This document shows, in pieces, positions 16,475 through 33,202 of a stretch of 64,000 nt of DNA. Under the pieces are notes generated by a model that worked only from the letters and a program-made list of their open reading frames with translations, made no database searches and was not told the DNA's origin. This stretch comes from the human T2T-CHM13v2.0 reference genome, Homo sapiens, in NCBI RefSeq assembly GCF_009914755.1, contig NC_060936.1; one strand, given 5' to 3'. Position 1 is the stretch's first letter. Each line of letters starts with the position of its first letter. The translations under genes and the position numbers were made by a program.

Positions 16475-18589
16475 AGATTTTCCTGTGGAACACATTTGAG
16501 GAAGGTAGCTAGGGGAGAGACCAATGGGAAAGACAACCTCTACTGACTGGGTCTGGGTGGTGAGGACTGCCTGAAGGTAGAGCAAAGGAAAGGTCAAAAT
16601 TCGCTACCAGAGGAACCACTGCCCACATCAGGGTCCTGCAGGTGAGAGATTCTACTGACAAAACTGGTCTAGCTGAAGGAGTGGAGGCAAAACTTTAAAC
16701 TCACCACCTTTCTACTTCTCAGGTGTGTCAGGCATCAGTGAGGGAAGTACAAATGATTTAAAGGGAAAAAGGAAGTCAATTGTTGCTTCAAATCAAATCA
16801 GACTTTATAAATCAGAAAAATGAGGATTTCGGTCAATATCTGAGAGTGACTAAAAATCTGTGAAATCTGAATAGTATTAGGAGCAAGGGTGTGAAAAAAG
16901 CCTATTTGTATGATTTCATTTCTACAAGTTTATTTTGTTCAATAAATTGACTCACAGGACTTTAATAATTAGCTCCATTTATTTTCATAAGTGACAGTAT
17001 TGTCTTACTTTCTGCATAAGTGTAGTCTCGGTTTTTGTTGATGTAACCTGAAAATTACATTATATTAATAATATTTTAAAAAATTATTTACCTTTCCATC
17101 AAGAATAATTTTTTAACCTTTATACCATATTCAACCATAGGAATTATTTTTAGACAAATTATTTGCCTCCATTGCTCAAAATAAATCTTCATAAAATCAC
17201 TGTTTCTTTGTTCTTTCATTCTTCATGTTATTTATTCCTCAATCACAATTCATCTTTGAGTAATTTTTTAAAGAAAGTATATTAGTCTGAGGATGGTTTT
17301 CTATTGTGTTTGCATAGGCATGACAACTTGGTTGGATAAATATTTTCCGGTTGTGCAATCTTTTTACCTTAAAACTCTTGTTTTGTTTTTTGTTACTCAA
17401 TATTGCATAGATGTCTGCCAAAAATCTGATTTTGATTCAAAAAGTATTTGTAACGTTTTGTTTTGCTCTTCCTTTGCCCTTTTTATTATCACACTTTGTC
17501 TATATTTAGGTCTATTTCACTCAGCTAAAATTTCTTTAGAAAGAAGTTCAAGAACATCTTCCAGGCCAAAAATGTTTTGTTTGTATATTTATTTGATTGC
17601 TGCCTCCAATCCACCTAGCCTGTTTCTCATTCTAAGAGCTGTATTATGTGCAAAATTAAACTTCCTACTTCTTGTATGGGTTGGTCCCAAGAACAAGCAT
17701 TTCCTACTTGGAATCTGCATTGGTCAGGTTGTTAAAACGGTGTCCTCCCTTCCTGCTTCTCTAGCATTTGTGCCTTCATCTAAAAAGCCTATTCTGCCTG
17801 CATACTGATTCGCTAACACAAATTTGTAAGTAACAAAAGACTGATGACTTGTTTTCTGTTTTCACTACGATACAGCCTTTTCTTTGATTTTTTCTTTTTT
17901 AAAAAAAAAGCCATTTCTATGGAAATTTGGGAAGAAGTTGTATTTACCTGTATTCTAGTAAAAATCTTATTCAGACATCCAAAGGCATTTCTTTTAAGCA
18001 GTGTTATATGTTGTACCCTTATGAAAATATCTATATCCACATCTCTGAATGTAATGCCTAAGGTGAATTGATATAAGTAGAATTATTGGCTCAAAATCAT
18101 GACCATCTAACCTTTTGATGTATATTGTCAAACTACTTTCCAGAAACGTAATGTCAAATTTTAAATCTCCTAATGTCTGGTTTTCATTTTAATAGGCTAA
18201 ATTGTATCTTAATATTTAAGTAAATTTGAATTTTCTTCCAGTGAGGTTGAACATAATTTCATAAAATAATTTAGTGTTTTATCAATTACCTTTTCAGGTC
18301 TTCAATTTTTTTTTAAGTACATTTAATATGTCACTTATAAATTTGAAAGAGTTATTTGTATATTCAGAATACTAATATCCTATATATTAGTTGCGTTAGG
18401 CTTACTGCTAAAATGAATAGACCATTAAAAGAAAAGACTTTTATTACTATGCAGATTTTTACTTAACATAGATTGAAGTAATTTTATATATGATTTTAAC
18501 AAATGCCAACACAGGACTTTTTACAGGTTTTACGAGTAAGTTGTTATGTCCACTATCTTTATAGTAGATAACTTATACTTCGTTAGTAT

Positions 18590-18897
18590 TTTTCTTTTTT
18601 CCTTTTTTTTTTTTGAGACGGAGTTTCGCTCTTGTTGCCCAGGCTGGAGTGCAATGGCGCAATCTCGGCTCACTGCCACCTCCGCCTCTCGGGTTTCAAG
18701 CTATTCTCCTGCCTCAGTCTCCCCAGTAGCTGGGATTATAGGCATGCGCCACCACGCCCAGCTAATTTTGTATTTTTATTAGAGATGGGGTTTCTCCATG
18801 TTGGTCAGGTTGGTCTCAAACTCGTGACCTCAGGTGATCTGCCCGCCTCGGCCTCCCAAAGTGCCAGGATTACAGGCATGAGTCACTGTGCCCGGCC
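18590..18897 (-). mobile_element. AluSp/Sq-like, antisense
   Basis: gagtttcgctcttgttgcccagg, gcaatggcgcaatc and ggggtttctccatgttggtcagg are AluSp-type diagnostics. Confidence 0.93.
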
Positions 18898-19426
18898 TTT
18901 TCAATTTTTTTTAACCTCGAAATCTAAGGAGTTAGTATATAAGTATTTTGCCATTATCTTTGTCAAGGATTCCTTTCTTGGAGAGAGAATTTTTGTTGTT
19001 GTTGTTGTTGTTTTTATTTCAGCACAATTTTTTTAAGGAAAAAAAATAAATTTGAAAAAACATTTATATGTATTGTGGGATTAAGGATGTGGCTCGAAAA
19101 TCGCATTTTTCCGTTACTGGAAGAATAAACATTCAGGGTCAAAATTCATGTAATACACATGAGAAAGCTGAGTGAAGTAAATTATTTCCCAATTCAAGAA
19201 ACAAACTGTATTAAAACTTAAAATGTTCTTGTACGCCACAAGTTTTTTCTTATATGTTTTAAGTTACTATTTTTTCCTGTTTATCTCCATAAATCACCAT
19301 GAAGCCAGGATCAACCTCTGTTTTGATCATCAATTTTTCCGTTGGAAGCATACTTGACAAATATTGTCAGGTTAAATAAAATCTTTGTCAACTACAACAA
19401 AAAAACTTAAAGTTTTATGTCACCGT

Positions 19427-19430
<4 letters not shown>

Positions 19431-19460
<30 letters not shown>
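19431..19460. repeat. (TG)15 microsatellite
   Basis: Direct reading. Confidence 0.97.
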
Positions 19461-19461
<1 letters not shown>

Positions 19462-19999
19462 ACATATTCATCATATATTCAACAAAAATACATAGGTGAC
19501 ATGTTTTCTGAGCCCTTGAATAGCTGGAAATTTCACTGTTTTCTAACATGGAAGAAACTTTTCTCTAAACTTCTTGGGTCCTAATTGTCCAGTACTCTTT
19601 CACTATTACTCCATTGCCCTTTGACCTTCTATTACATATGGTATAAAATTAAAACTGTCTCCTTTTAACAAAAAGTTTATAGGCTAGGGAAGGGACCTCA
19701 TCTCTTTTTGAAATTCAACACTTCTACTGGATATGTCTTGATAAGGATCTTATTTGACTGAGTTTGGGAGTAGTACAGTGATTCCCTTAATTTATATAAC
19801 GGATTACTATTTTAAAAACATTTTTTCTCACTTTTAAAAAAATATTGCTTTTGTTCTTATTTATTCTTCCAGAGAAGTCAGGCAAAGTCACAGTCCACTC
19901 ATAGACCTGAGAAAGATAAATCAATGCTTATTGTGAAGGCCATTTAATTTTGATTTTGTCATTATGCATCATTATTGCCAAAAAAAACTGATTAATATA

Positions 20000-21900
20000 C
20001 TGAAAAACTCATACATTGAGAAAACACCAGAGACACTTAATTTAAAGTCTGAAATGAGACAAAGATACCACTATTGTCATTACTATTTAACATAGTACTG
20101 AGCTATTAGCCAATAAAATTAGATAGAAGAATGCAGTTAGAGGAATGAGAATAAAAATTGAAAGAAGTTTTACAGATGGCATGATTTTATATCTGGAAAA
20201 CCCAAGAGAATCCGTGAAAAAACTACTACAAAAAATAAAAGAGTATGATAACATGACAGGAAATAATCATATAGAAATCAATACAATGAATAACCAATTA
20301 GAAGGTATAGCAGAGAAAATCCTATTTTCTATAGTAACAATAACAAAAAACAACAGAAAGCCAGAAAAATGTTTATGCACAAACTTAAAACTGCTGTGCA
20401 AAATTAAATGAGAAAACTTAAAAATCCGATAAAAGACACATAATATATTTAAACAAGTGAAAAATAAAATGTCAATTCTTTCTCAGTTATAAATTCGCAT
20501 GATTTCTGTAAAAATATCAACAGGCTTATTTTTCTGCATTGATTATAAAGTTCATATAGAAAAATTAACAAATAAGAATTATAGGGAAACTCCAGCAAAA
20601 GAAAAAAAAAAAGAAGACTATTGGGAACACAATCCTACCAGATATTTAAAAATATTGTAAAGGCCCTATAATTAAATGTTTATTGTTATTACAGATCTAC
20701 CAATATAACAGGGTCCAAAGCCCAAAAACAGATCCAAATGCATGCGGAAAAGTAGTATGCAAAGAATAGGACATTTCAAATGTATGCAGAAATAAGGACT
20801 TTTTGATAAGGATTATTAAGGCTAGTCATTTTGAAAGAGATAACTGAATCTATATTTCATACCATACTGCATGATAAGTTACAAATGGGTCAGAAATGTA
20901 AATGTAAACACTAAAATCATCATGTACTTAAAGAAACAATAGGTAAATTACTTTAAAACTTGAGGATGGAGAATAATTTTAACTATGATTCAAATAATTA
21001 ATAGATTTGCAAATTAAAAGTTGCATTACAGAAAACACCATAAACAAGTAAAAATAACATACTGACTGATAAATAATATTTAAGACATAATATACACAAA
21101 GTTTCCCTAGAATTATTGTTTGTTAATTTTTCTATATGAACTTTATAATCAATGCAGAAAAATAATATACAAAGGCATCTTAAAATTTGAGGAAAATAAA
21201 ACTATCAATAATTTTTTTAACTGAATAAAATATATGAACAGACTATTCAAAGCAAGAAATGAAAATGGTCCTCAAACATGTGAAAAAATATATTCATCCT
21301 TACTCATAATAATACAAATGAGCATTAAAATTATACCTCGCATTTATCAAAAACCTAAAAATTTGACAACAAGCTCAGTTGTATGGAAACAGGAATATCC
21401 ATGCATTGCTTATGGAAATGCAACAAGCTTTAACGCTTATGGTGAAGAACACAGCAATATCTGGAAAAACTTTAGGGAATTTATTACTCTCACCCAATTG
21501 GCCACTTGCAGGAGTCTATCCCAAATATATACTAGCAAACTTATAAAATTACTTAGGCACAAAATTATTATTTATGGTTATATTTGTAATGCCACATGAT
21601 TGGAAACAAATATCTCTCAATTTGGGACTGATTGGTAATCTATAGTCGACCTACATAATGTATTATTAGGTGGGTGCAAAAGTTATTGCGGTTTTTGCCA
21701 TTACTTTTAATGTTAAAAACCGCAATTACTTTTGCACCCACCTAATAATATTGCACAACTGCAAAATGTTAAGAACATATCCCTAAGCTGATATGTAGTG
21801 ATCTCCAGGATATAATATGGGATGAAAAAAAAAGAAAGGTGAAAAACAGTATACAAAATATGTTCGTTTGTGTAAGAAAAGGAATAAATGAATACAAATA
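20000..21900 (+). mobile_element. Ancient L1M (L1MD/ME-like) ORF2/3' region
   Basis: ORF 20145-20411 retains FTDGMILYLENPRES (ORF2 RT FADDMIVYLENP). Degenerate sense L1 motifs continue downstream. Confidence 0.75.
21666..21745. mobile_element. MADE1 (Hsmar1-derived 80-bp MITE), complete
   Basis: ttaggtgggtgcaaaagttattgcggtttttgcca...aaaaaccgcaattacttttgcacccacctaa; 80 bp; TA TSD on both sides. Confidence 0.95.
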
Positions 21901-24757
21901 TACATGTTTTCTTACATTTCTAAAATAATCACTAGGTGGATAAATTTTAAAATAATAAAAATAGATACTTATAGCAGAATTGAGTAAATAAGGTCAGGGA
22001 GCTGGTGAATAAAAGGTCAGACACTACAGTAACTATTACAACACTGTTTTTGTCACAACTCTTCCATTTCTGGACTAAGCATAACATCACTGGAGAAAAC
22101 AAGCAAAAGGCATCTATCTCTACTTTCTGTAAGGTAAAAATGTTTGCATCATGTTTTGGTCAGAGTACAATTTGTTTTTAATTGAAATATTATTGACATT
22201 ATGGCTATTGGAAATTTTGCAGAGAGTGCCAGTATTTTGACGACAAGTACTACTTTTTTCAATTCCTTTTTTTTTTCTATCTCTTCATAGGCATCTTGAA
22301 GGAAAAGAAAACCTAGAAACTGCATTAGATTGCTCATAAAACGTACACACTAACTAAATTATGAAATTGTACTATTAGTCTTTATGCTATATTTCTAAAA
22401 TCTAACAAGATATGTACTATTCAGTCTTCTTTTTAAAATGGCTTGGCTAATGTTGTTTGTTTATTTTATTCAGCTGATATTCCAATTCAATCCTACAAAA
22501 GAATAAAACATTTCCCACTTGAAGTTTTACTTAAAATTACTTAACCCTCTAATTATTAAAGAAGACTTTAAAGATTTATTCGTTCTTGCAAGACCAGATC
22601 ATGGTATACGTCTTCATTTATAAGATTTCTCTTACATTGCTCCATATTTGTAAGTAACTTCCATAATGTAATTTCATCATATTTATTGTTAATTTTTTCT
22701 CAACATTTTATGTTTTTGTACCAGTTTTTATATAGGGCAGCTATTTATTTTGGTATATTTAGTTTTTATCCAGACACTGCTATACCATTAGTTCTCATAA
22801 ATAGAAAAGCATGTTGTCTACAAGTATTTATGATTATGATGCCAGGTTTTCAAAAGTTATAACCAACATATCTTATTTGTGGCTTATTGACCTAATAAAA
22901 TATCAGGCTCGTAATTCTTTTCTCACTTCAAATTATAATGAGAATACCTTCAGAGTTGCATTTACATATGATGCTCGCTGTTCTTTGAATTAAGAGAGAA
23001 CTTATCTATAGTTTGCTATTGGGGATTTTCTGATATTCTATTCTTTGGACCCACTTTAAAAAGTGGGAATTCCAGGACATCTCTTAGGAACACATTCCAA
23101 TAATTAATAAACCTAATTATCAGGAAATATATTTATAACATTTTAATCTCTAGTGCTTTACTTCAAATCAACTACATCTGATACTATCCCTCATGAATTA
23201 AGGTAGTTCATTGTAAACATTTTTCTCTATAATAACCCATCTGATACAATATTGGAAAGAATTAATTATATCTAATCTCAGCCTTCTCTCTGCTTGGATG
23301 AAAAATAAATAAACTTATTTCACATGGTACTTACATGTCTCGGAATCATCACTAAATTTTTGTTGGATGATATTTCAGAACAGGGTAAATAGTCATATTC
23401 TTTCCAAATGTGTTAGTGAATCCGTATGTGAAATGTTACTACTGGGAAATTTCTAAGTGAAAACAATAATGGAGAACTTGAATAATGAGACTAGATAATG
23501 AGAAAATCCATCCTATTTAAATGTGTGCATACATGAGTTAAATGTTAATATAGCTAAAAGAAAACCTAGAGATGCTAAATTTGAGTGCTTTTATAATGCC
23601 AGTAAAAATATCTTACTAAAGGGAGAACATGGATCATTTTTTGGAGTATTTTCAATGCAGGTACAACTAACTAAAGAAAAAAGAGAATTATGAAGACATG
23701 GACTTTAATAAACAATATTCACAATTAATAATTAAAAATAATTGCACCTCAATATTTTATAATATAATTCATATATTTATGCTCTTTGTTCTGAACTTCA
23801 AATAACTAAGGAGAGTTGAGAAATTACATATATCTATGTATATATATTATATATATGGAGAAAATTGTGGTGTGATTTAGACAAAAGTAATTTTCCTTTA
23901 ACTTTTTAGGCAAGTTGCATTCTTTTAAAATGTCAGATTGGATTCCTGTAATTGACACGCATCTGAGATTAAGCAGTTAGTGAGTAGAAGATGTAGATGT
24001 CAAGAAGCATTGACATTATAAGTGAATCCCAGATTAATTTTGTTTTATCTCTCTGTGTTCATTATTCTTCATATGAAAGTTATTACTCCTTCAATTATTC
24101 TCCTATATGCTTCAAAAATATTCAGTGAAGAGTATGCTCATTTGAACAAATACATCATGGGATAGGTTACAATTACTGTTATTATTTCCAATTCCTTATA
24201 TAACCATATATTTTATGCATGAAAAATGTTCAAGTGGACCCTTGGCCTGATGCTGCAAATTATTTAGTAATAATTTTTAACCTTATTATACCAGAAAAAT
24301 GTTAATCAAAAGAGAATATTCTAATTTAACTCTAAACAATCATTAGGTAAGAGAAAATTCTTGGGAAATGAAATTTCTGACTTGAAAGTAAATAAGGTTA
24401 GAAAATTAGTTTAGCTATATAAAAAATTTTAAGTATGCTGCATAGGAGGTTATATTTGCCAATCAAATACAACCATGGAGTTCTGATTACTAAAAATAAT
24501 GTTAGGTGATTAGTCAAAGGTAAATATATACATTGGAAAGTATATATGAATTACAATGGACTTTGTTAAATTCTATTAGTAGTTAAATGCATAGCAGGGC
24601 AATAAAAATACAAATTATGTATATAAGACTATATGGTCTGAAGTTCTCACTTTAGATAATGAGGTAAAACTTTTTTCTAATTTTCAAACAGTATTATTTT
24701 TATATACAGAGATTGGGAAGCCCAACATTTTAAAAGAGGACTACATTGATATTATAC

Positions 24758-24798
24758 TCTCTCTCTCTTTCTGTCTCTCTTTCTGTATCTCTCTCTCT

Positions 24799-24844
<46 letters not shown>
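24758..24844. repeat. Compound (CT)n/(CA)~21 microsatellite
   Basis: Direct reading. Confidence 0.95.
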
Positions 24845-24850
<6 letters not shown>

Positions 24851-26189
24851 GTATATTGCTTTCAGAAGCAATTCTCAAGACTTGAGACAGATACGTACTT
24901 TGCTTTGTTTTAATTCATTGCTAGTTTTCCTGGTTGGTTTGGTAGATTCTAAATAAAGCATGTTTCATCGATAAATAAATGTATATATGTGATAAAATCA
25001 GCTGAATGTATTTTTGATCAGTGCAGATTTTGAAACAAACTATAATAATGAAACACAGTAATATTAATCTTATTTATTAAAAAATTTTATTTTTATTTCA
25101 AAATTGGTTAATTTTATTTTCTTAGAAACTAAAAATTATACATTTCTGAATCACATTATTTAACTAAAATTTTCAATTTGATGGAAAAAAATGACTTTTT
25201 CTCTTGGTAGTCTTCCAGATATGTGCATTTTACTTCAATATTTATCTAGAGAAGCATTTTATAAGTATCCCAGGACTGTCTTTATCAGTGGAAAGTAATA
25301 AGTTTAAATATAAACTCCTATCCTTAACCAACATTGTTCACCCTGGGTCTAACTCTGATAGACAGCTATTCCTTCTTCACAGATTGTCAGTGACCTAAGC
25401 AAAGCATACAGAAGTTCTAGCAATTAAGCAGAAGAATTAGGTTTTGAACTCCTAAACACTGAGTGTATTGTGATCACCCATCATAATTAAAGTAAAAAAT
25501 CTTTCAAGTGTCACTAATTTAAATAGGGCTTTTGTTGTTTTATAAAATCCAGTGGACCATTCAGAATAGAGGAATGGTTTTTTTTCCTCTTACTATACCA
25601 CCAGTGGTCTAATTCAGCCATAATAAAGCAATTCTTCCTATTTTCCTATGGCCTAAGCAGATTTGAAATATGAGGGGAAAATTGATATTATTGATTACTT
25701 TTGCTTTTTGTCCTTTTAATTAATTCGGATTTTTCAGTAAGAATGGATTGGGAGAGCAGTGGTTAGTATGCTTGTTATTTCATGATATGGACGAAGTGCT
25801 GATATAACTGATGGTTGATTCTGCTTTGAAATTTAAAAGCTTCTCTCACAAATATGGGACTTTTTTTGGAATAAGCAAGTGAGAGTGTAAGGGCATTTAT
25901 AGGTAATTAAGGCTGATAGTAAGGATACATTTAAATGTTTTTTCTGATTTCCAAAACAATGTATTTTCACCTCTAGCCTCAGCAGCTTCTGATAATAGAA
26001 CAAAAGAAAGAAGCGGATGGCATTTATCTGGCACATACATATTTTATGCGAACTTTGAACACTCACTCATACAACACAGATTTATTGAGTTCTTACATGA
26101 CAATTGCTGTTAATAGACACTTGAGATATAATGATGAACAAGACAGATAAACTCCTTACTCTCAAGGAGTTTATAATCTATAAGGAGAA

Positions 26190-27280
26190 GGTGGAAATTT
26201 AACGAACACACAAACTAGAAAAAGTTCTATATACACGGACTTTTAATTTTGTTTAAGACATTGTAGCTTGCAACAGAAAAATGTTCCACTAAAGAACAAA
26301 AAGACAATCCGGATAAAATAATTTTTACATTATAGGCATTAGAGAACTACTGAGATAACCAGAATTGGGGTGGGGGTGTGTAATCCCTGAAAAGCAAGCA
26401 GTTTCAAGGTTAAGCAAATCAACACTTTGTAGCCAGTTTGCTTAGGATTCTAAACACAGGCAGTAAACTGATGAACACAGTATAGACCCAGAGAGAAGGC
26501 CTCTATTACTAGATCAAGAAGAAGCATGTAGTTATTATTGCCCCATGGGAATAAAGTGATAAAAAAGTAAACACTTAGATTGTTAGTAAGAAGGGTGGAA
26601 CAAAGAACTGATGCCAATACCATCTCAATTTTCACACAGAGTATTTGCCAAATTTTAAAACCACATAAGGCACAAGATTGAGAAACCAAGCATAAACTCT
26701 CAACACTTAAAGAAAAATTTTCTATAGTCTCCATGTTAAACAGGATTAGGGTTCAGGGCTCATTTGTGAACACACCCCAAGTGTGGCTGGAGAGTTACAT
26801 CCAAGATTATAGGTAAGCCAAAAGTATACAAAACCTTAGTAATGCTGAAATCCAGTCTCAAGCTCAACTTTGATTGGATTAAAATAACCTATCTGCATTT
26901 TTTGTGTTTAGCAATGGAAAGATTAAACACATTTTGGAGAGCCTCCAAATCCTTAACAATTTTTCATACACAATATCTAATAATCAATAATCAAAGGCAA
27001 AGCTCCAGCCAAAAGAAAAAGTAGATAATATAAAAGACCCATAGATGACATTGATTTTGGAATTAGAAGACAGGACTTAAAAATAGCTATGATTAACATG
27101 TTCAGGAAAATAGAGGAGATGTTAGAAAACAGATTTTCCTGAGAAACTTGGAATTTATAAAGATAAAGTGAAATTCTAGAACTGAAAAGTAGAGTATGGA
27201 TGGATGCTGCCAAAAGAAACAGTTGAATTGGCTTAAAAAAGAATGACCAGTGACCCCAGTAGGGAAACTATTCAAGTTGG
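26190..27280 (+). mobile_element. Ancient L1M 5'/ORF1-region remnant
   Basis: ggacttaaaatagctatgattaacatgttc and gaaattctagaactgaaaag are typical of L1M ORF1. Confidence 0.5.
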
Positions 27281-27799
27281 TCATTTTCTACATCCAGTAC
27301 AGCACATAAGATATCAAAGGATCAGATAGTGTGACATTTTAGATCAGTAGATCAGTTCCACACTATATGGAAATGTTTGCAGAAGTTATTGGATCTGTAT
27401 CCCCAGGAGTGAAAATAGAAGGAGGACAAAGCAGCAGAAAATTAGATGAAATGAATCCTACAGAAGCCTCAGCATCCACCGAGGAAGGAATCAAGATCAT
27501 AAAGTCCAGAAGGCACTAGACTCCTATCTTTTGCATCTCAGAAATATGAGGACCTTTTGCAAAAATTCTTTTGGTCACTTAACAGAATTTATTTGCTTCT
27601 ACTGTTTGTGCATTATAATGTATGAAATAGCTTATGTTTACATACACTGAAAATTATGCTTATGTGTCTAGGTGTCTTTGAAGGTAAAATGGAGCTCTCA
27701 GCTGACCTAAAATATACGTGCAGCATGAGTGAAAACTAAACCTTTATTGCCTTATGCCTCTGAGATTATGTTACTGTGAGTTACTGACATGTAACCTGG

Positions 27800-28205
27800 C
27801 TTAATCCTGTCTGATACACTTCTCAAAATGATCTGGCCATATGCCCATTCTCCATGTTGTGCACCACTTTAGACACACTAGCCTTCTTGCTGTTCCTGAA
27901 ACAAGCCAGATGCATCTCTGCTTCAATACCTTTGATCTTGACAACCCAAGGCTGTAATGCCCATTCCATCTGATCTCTGTATGGATCAATCCCGCACTTC
28001 CTCCATGTCCTTTGTCAAAAATCACCTTTCGTGAAGCCTCCCCTACTGTGTCACCTAACATTTCACCTCTCTCAACAGAATCTCTCTGCCTCCACCTGGC
28101 TTATTTATTCTACATATAATTTGTCATCATCTAACATACTATATTTTTTTCTATTTTTTTTATTTTGTTTCTCCTCCACTGCAACATAACTTCCATGAGG
28201 GCAGG
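27800..28205 (+). mobile_element. L2 fragment (continues at about 29595-29690)
   Basis: cttcttgctgttcctgaaac..., aaaatcacctttcgtgaagcctccc, ccatgagggcagg; resumes agggcaagatttt...gtagcaggctctcaataaat. Confidence 0.65.
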
Positions 28206-28207
28206 AA

Positions 28208-29594
28208 GTTTTTTAATAGTCTTCATTTTTCAGAACCATTTTAGATTTACAGCAAAATTGAGTTAAAGATACTGAGATAGCCCATATACCCCTGCCCCAC
28301 ACAACCACAGCCTCCCCATTATAAACATCCCCCGCTAATGTGGTACATTTGTTGCAACTGACGAACCTGCCTTGGCACATCATAATCACCCAAAGTCCAT
28401 AGTTTACGTTAGGGTTCACTTTGGTGTTGTACATTCTGTGGATTTGGACAACTGTATAACGAATTTCATGTAACCACCATTATAGTATCATACCAAATAC
28501 TTTGGCTGCCTTGAAAATGCTCTATGCTCTGTCTACTAATTCTGCCTTCCTCAACCCTCAACTCAACTCTGGACAGCTAGTGATCTTTTTAGTCTCCACA
28601 GTTTTGCCTTTTCCAGAATATTATATTGTTGAAATACAATATGTAACTTTTCTCAGATTGGCTTATTTCACATAGTAATGGATGTAAAAGTTTCTTCCAT
28701 ATCTTTACATGGCATAATAGTTTATTTTTTTTTAGTGCTGTATAATGTTGCATTCTCTGAATATACAATACTTTATCCATTCACCTACTGAAGGATATCT
28801 TGATTGTTTCCAAGCATTAGCAATTATGAACAAAGCTACTATAAATATCTATGTGTAGGGTTTTTTTTGTGAAAATAAGCTTCTGATTCCTTTGGGGAAG
28901 TACCAAGAACTTCTACTGCTCTTGGATCATATAGTAAATATTTGTTTAATTTTGTAAGAAACTGTCAATCTCTATTCCAAAGTGGGCATACAATTTTATA
29001 TTCTCACCAGTAATGAATGAGAGATCTGGGTGCTCTATATCCTCACCAGCATTTGGTGTTGTCAGTATTCTTCATTTTGGTCATTCTAATACGTGTGTAG
29101 AAATAATTCATTGCTGCTTTAATTTTCATTTCCATAATGACGTGACGTGGAGAGTATTTTAAGTGTGAATTTGCCATCTGTATACCTGTTAACGTCATTG
29201 GCCCATTTTTAAATCAGCCTTTTTGTTTTCTCTTTTTGAGTTGTAAGAGTTTTTTTTGTGTGTGTTTTGGATAACAGTCATAAGGCCTGCAAATGTTTTC
29301 TCCCAGTCTTTGGCTTGTCTTCTCATTCTCTTCCCATTTTCTTTCACAGAGCAGTTTTTAACTTTAGTGAAGCCCAGATTATCAATTATTTCTGTCATGG
29401 ATTGTACCTTTGGTGTTGTATCTGAAAAGTCAACACCAAATCCAAGGTTATCTCGATTTACTTCTATGTTATCCTCCAGGAGTTTTATGTTCTTGTGTTT
29501 TAGGCCTGTGACCTATTTTGAGTTAATTTTTGTGAAGGGCATAATGTCTGTGTCTACATTGATTTTTTTGTATGTGGACGTCTGGTTGTTACAG
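28208..29594 (-). mobile_element. L1MC/MD-type 3' end, antisense, nested in L2
   Basis: ttagggttcactttggtgttgtacattc, cctcaccagcatttggtgttgtcag. TSD-like agggcaggaagtttt / agggcaagatttt. Confidence 0.8.
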
Positions 29595-30476
29595 CAGGGC
29601 AAGATTTTTTTGTCTGCTTCTGAACTAAGTCCTCATTGCCTAAAAAAGTGTCTGCTGCGTAGCAGGCTCTCAATAAATCTTTTTTAATGAAATAATATAC
29701 ATTTTATTGTGTTTGTGAATAAGTCACAATAATATAAACACAAAATAAAAATTCACTTGGATTAAGAAATACTCTTAATGCATGATTATCTATAGGAAAA
29801 TTATTTTGTACTAGAAATTTCTTAGTGTGAGCTCGTTTTTTAAGTTTGTTTTTTATCTAAGAGCTGAAATCAGGAAATTTGAAAGGGTAGAAGATTCAAT
29901 TAAGAGATGAGGATGGAAATAGTTGAAAGAGAGAAAGAAAGAAGAAAGAAAAGTAGCATGGCCAGATAACCAAGGAATCAACTTTTTAAGTCCTGAAAGC
30001 TTTATGGCCAAAATATGCTAAGGACTCAGTGCCACGCCAGCTTTCTAGATAACAGATGTCTTCAAGAATGTCAAAAAACTATGGTCAGTGAGTTGGATCT
30101 TAGCATGAGAGTCTGGTGGTTTTAGACGAACAAACAAGGCAACACTCATTTCACTCAACTGTTATAGAGCAAATTAATATTCATTAGATAAATTTTGTTC
30201 AATTCTTCTTATGTTCTGTAAAAACTACCAGACATTTTCACTTTAATTATGTCATTTAATCTTCATAAAAATCTTGAAAGAGGCAGAGCCAGGGGTGAAA
30301 TTCAGCTCTGCTTGACTATGGAGCACAGAGAGTTTGTCAGATACAGTCTTTTGATGGATAGTGCAACGTCCCAATAGGACATTAAGGACTGTTTTTATGT
30401 TATATAGAAAAACAGGTGGAAGAAACCCTCTTCAATGCCAAAATGTATGCACAAAAACCTACAAACATTATTTCAA

Positions 30477-33090
<2,614 letters not shown>

Positions 33091-33093
33091 TTT

Positions 33094-33200
33094 ATTATTT
33101 CTATTTCACCTATGATGAATATGATCCTCAGTCGGCCAAGGTCACAAAGCTTTTAAGAGGTAATACCAGAATTCATACCCAGATAGTTCTGTCTCCTAAT
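33094..33200 (-). mobile_element. MIR fragment
   Basis: Degenerate MIR core: attatttctatttcacctatgatgaa...ggccaaggtcacaaagc...agaattcatacccag. Confidence 0.55.
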
Positions 33201-33202
33201 GT

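Larger units (their letters stand above)
15335..16956 (+). mobile_element. Putative ancient solo LTR (~1 kb without the nested insert), interrupted by L1PA plus microsatellite
   Basis: Begins TGTAGAGT and ends ACTCACA (imperfect terminal inverted repeat, TG..CA). AATAAA at 16941. 5-bp TSD ggatt (15330-15334) / ggact (16957-16961). Confidence 0.45.

Noticed and set aside
16229-16597. 122-aa Ile/Tyr-rich ORF
   Set aside because: Translation of the (TA)n microsatellite.
17293-17808. Longest ORF (171 aa, hydrophobic)
   Set aside because: No recognisable domain. The composition is typical of T-rich degenerate antisense L1-like sequence, and there is no splice or promoter support.
18546-19036. 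ORFs of 78 and 134 aa (similarly 48365, 49306, 54418, 55215)
   Set aside because: Alu-derived translations (LECNGAISAHC, PASASQSA).
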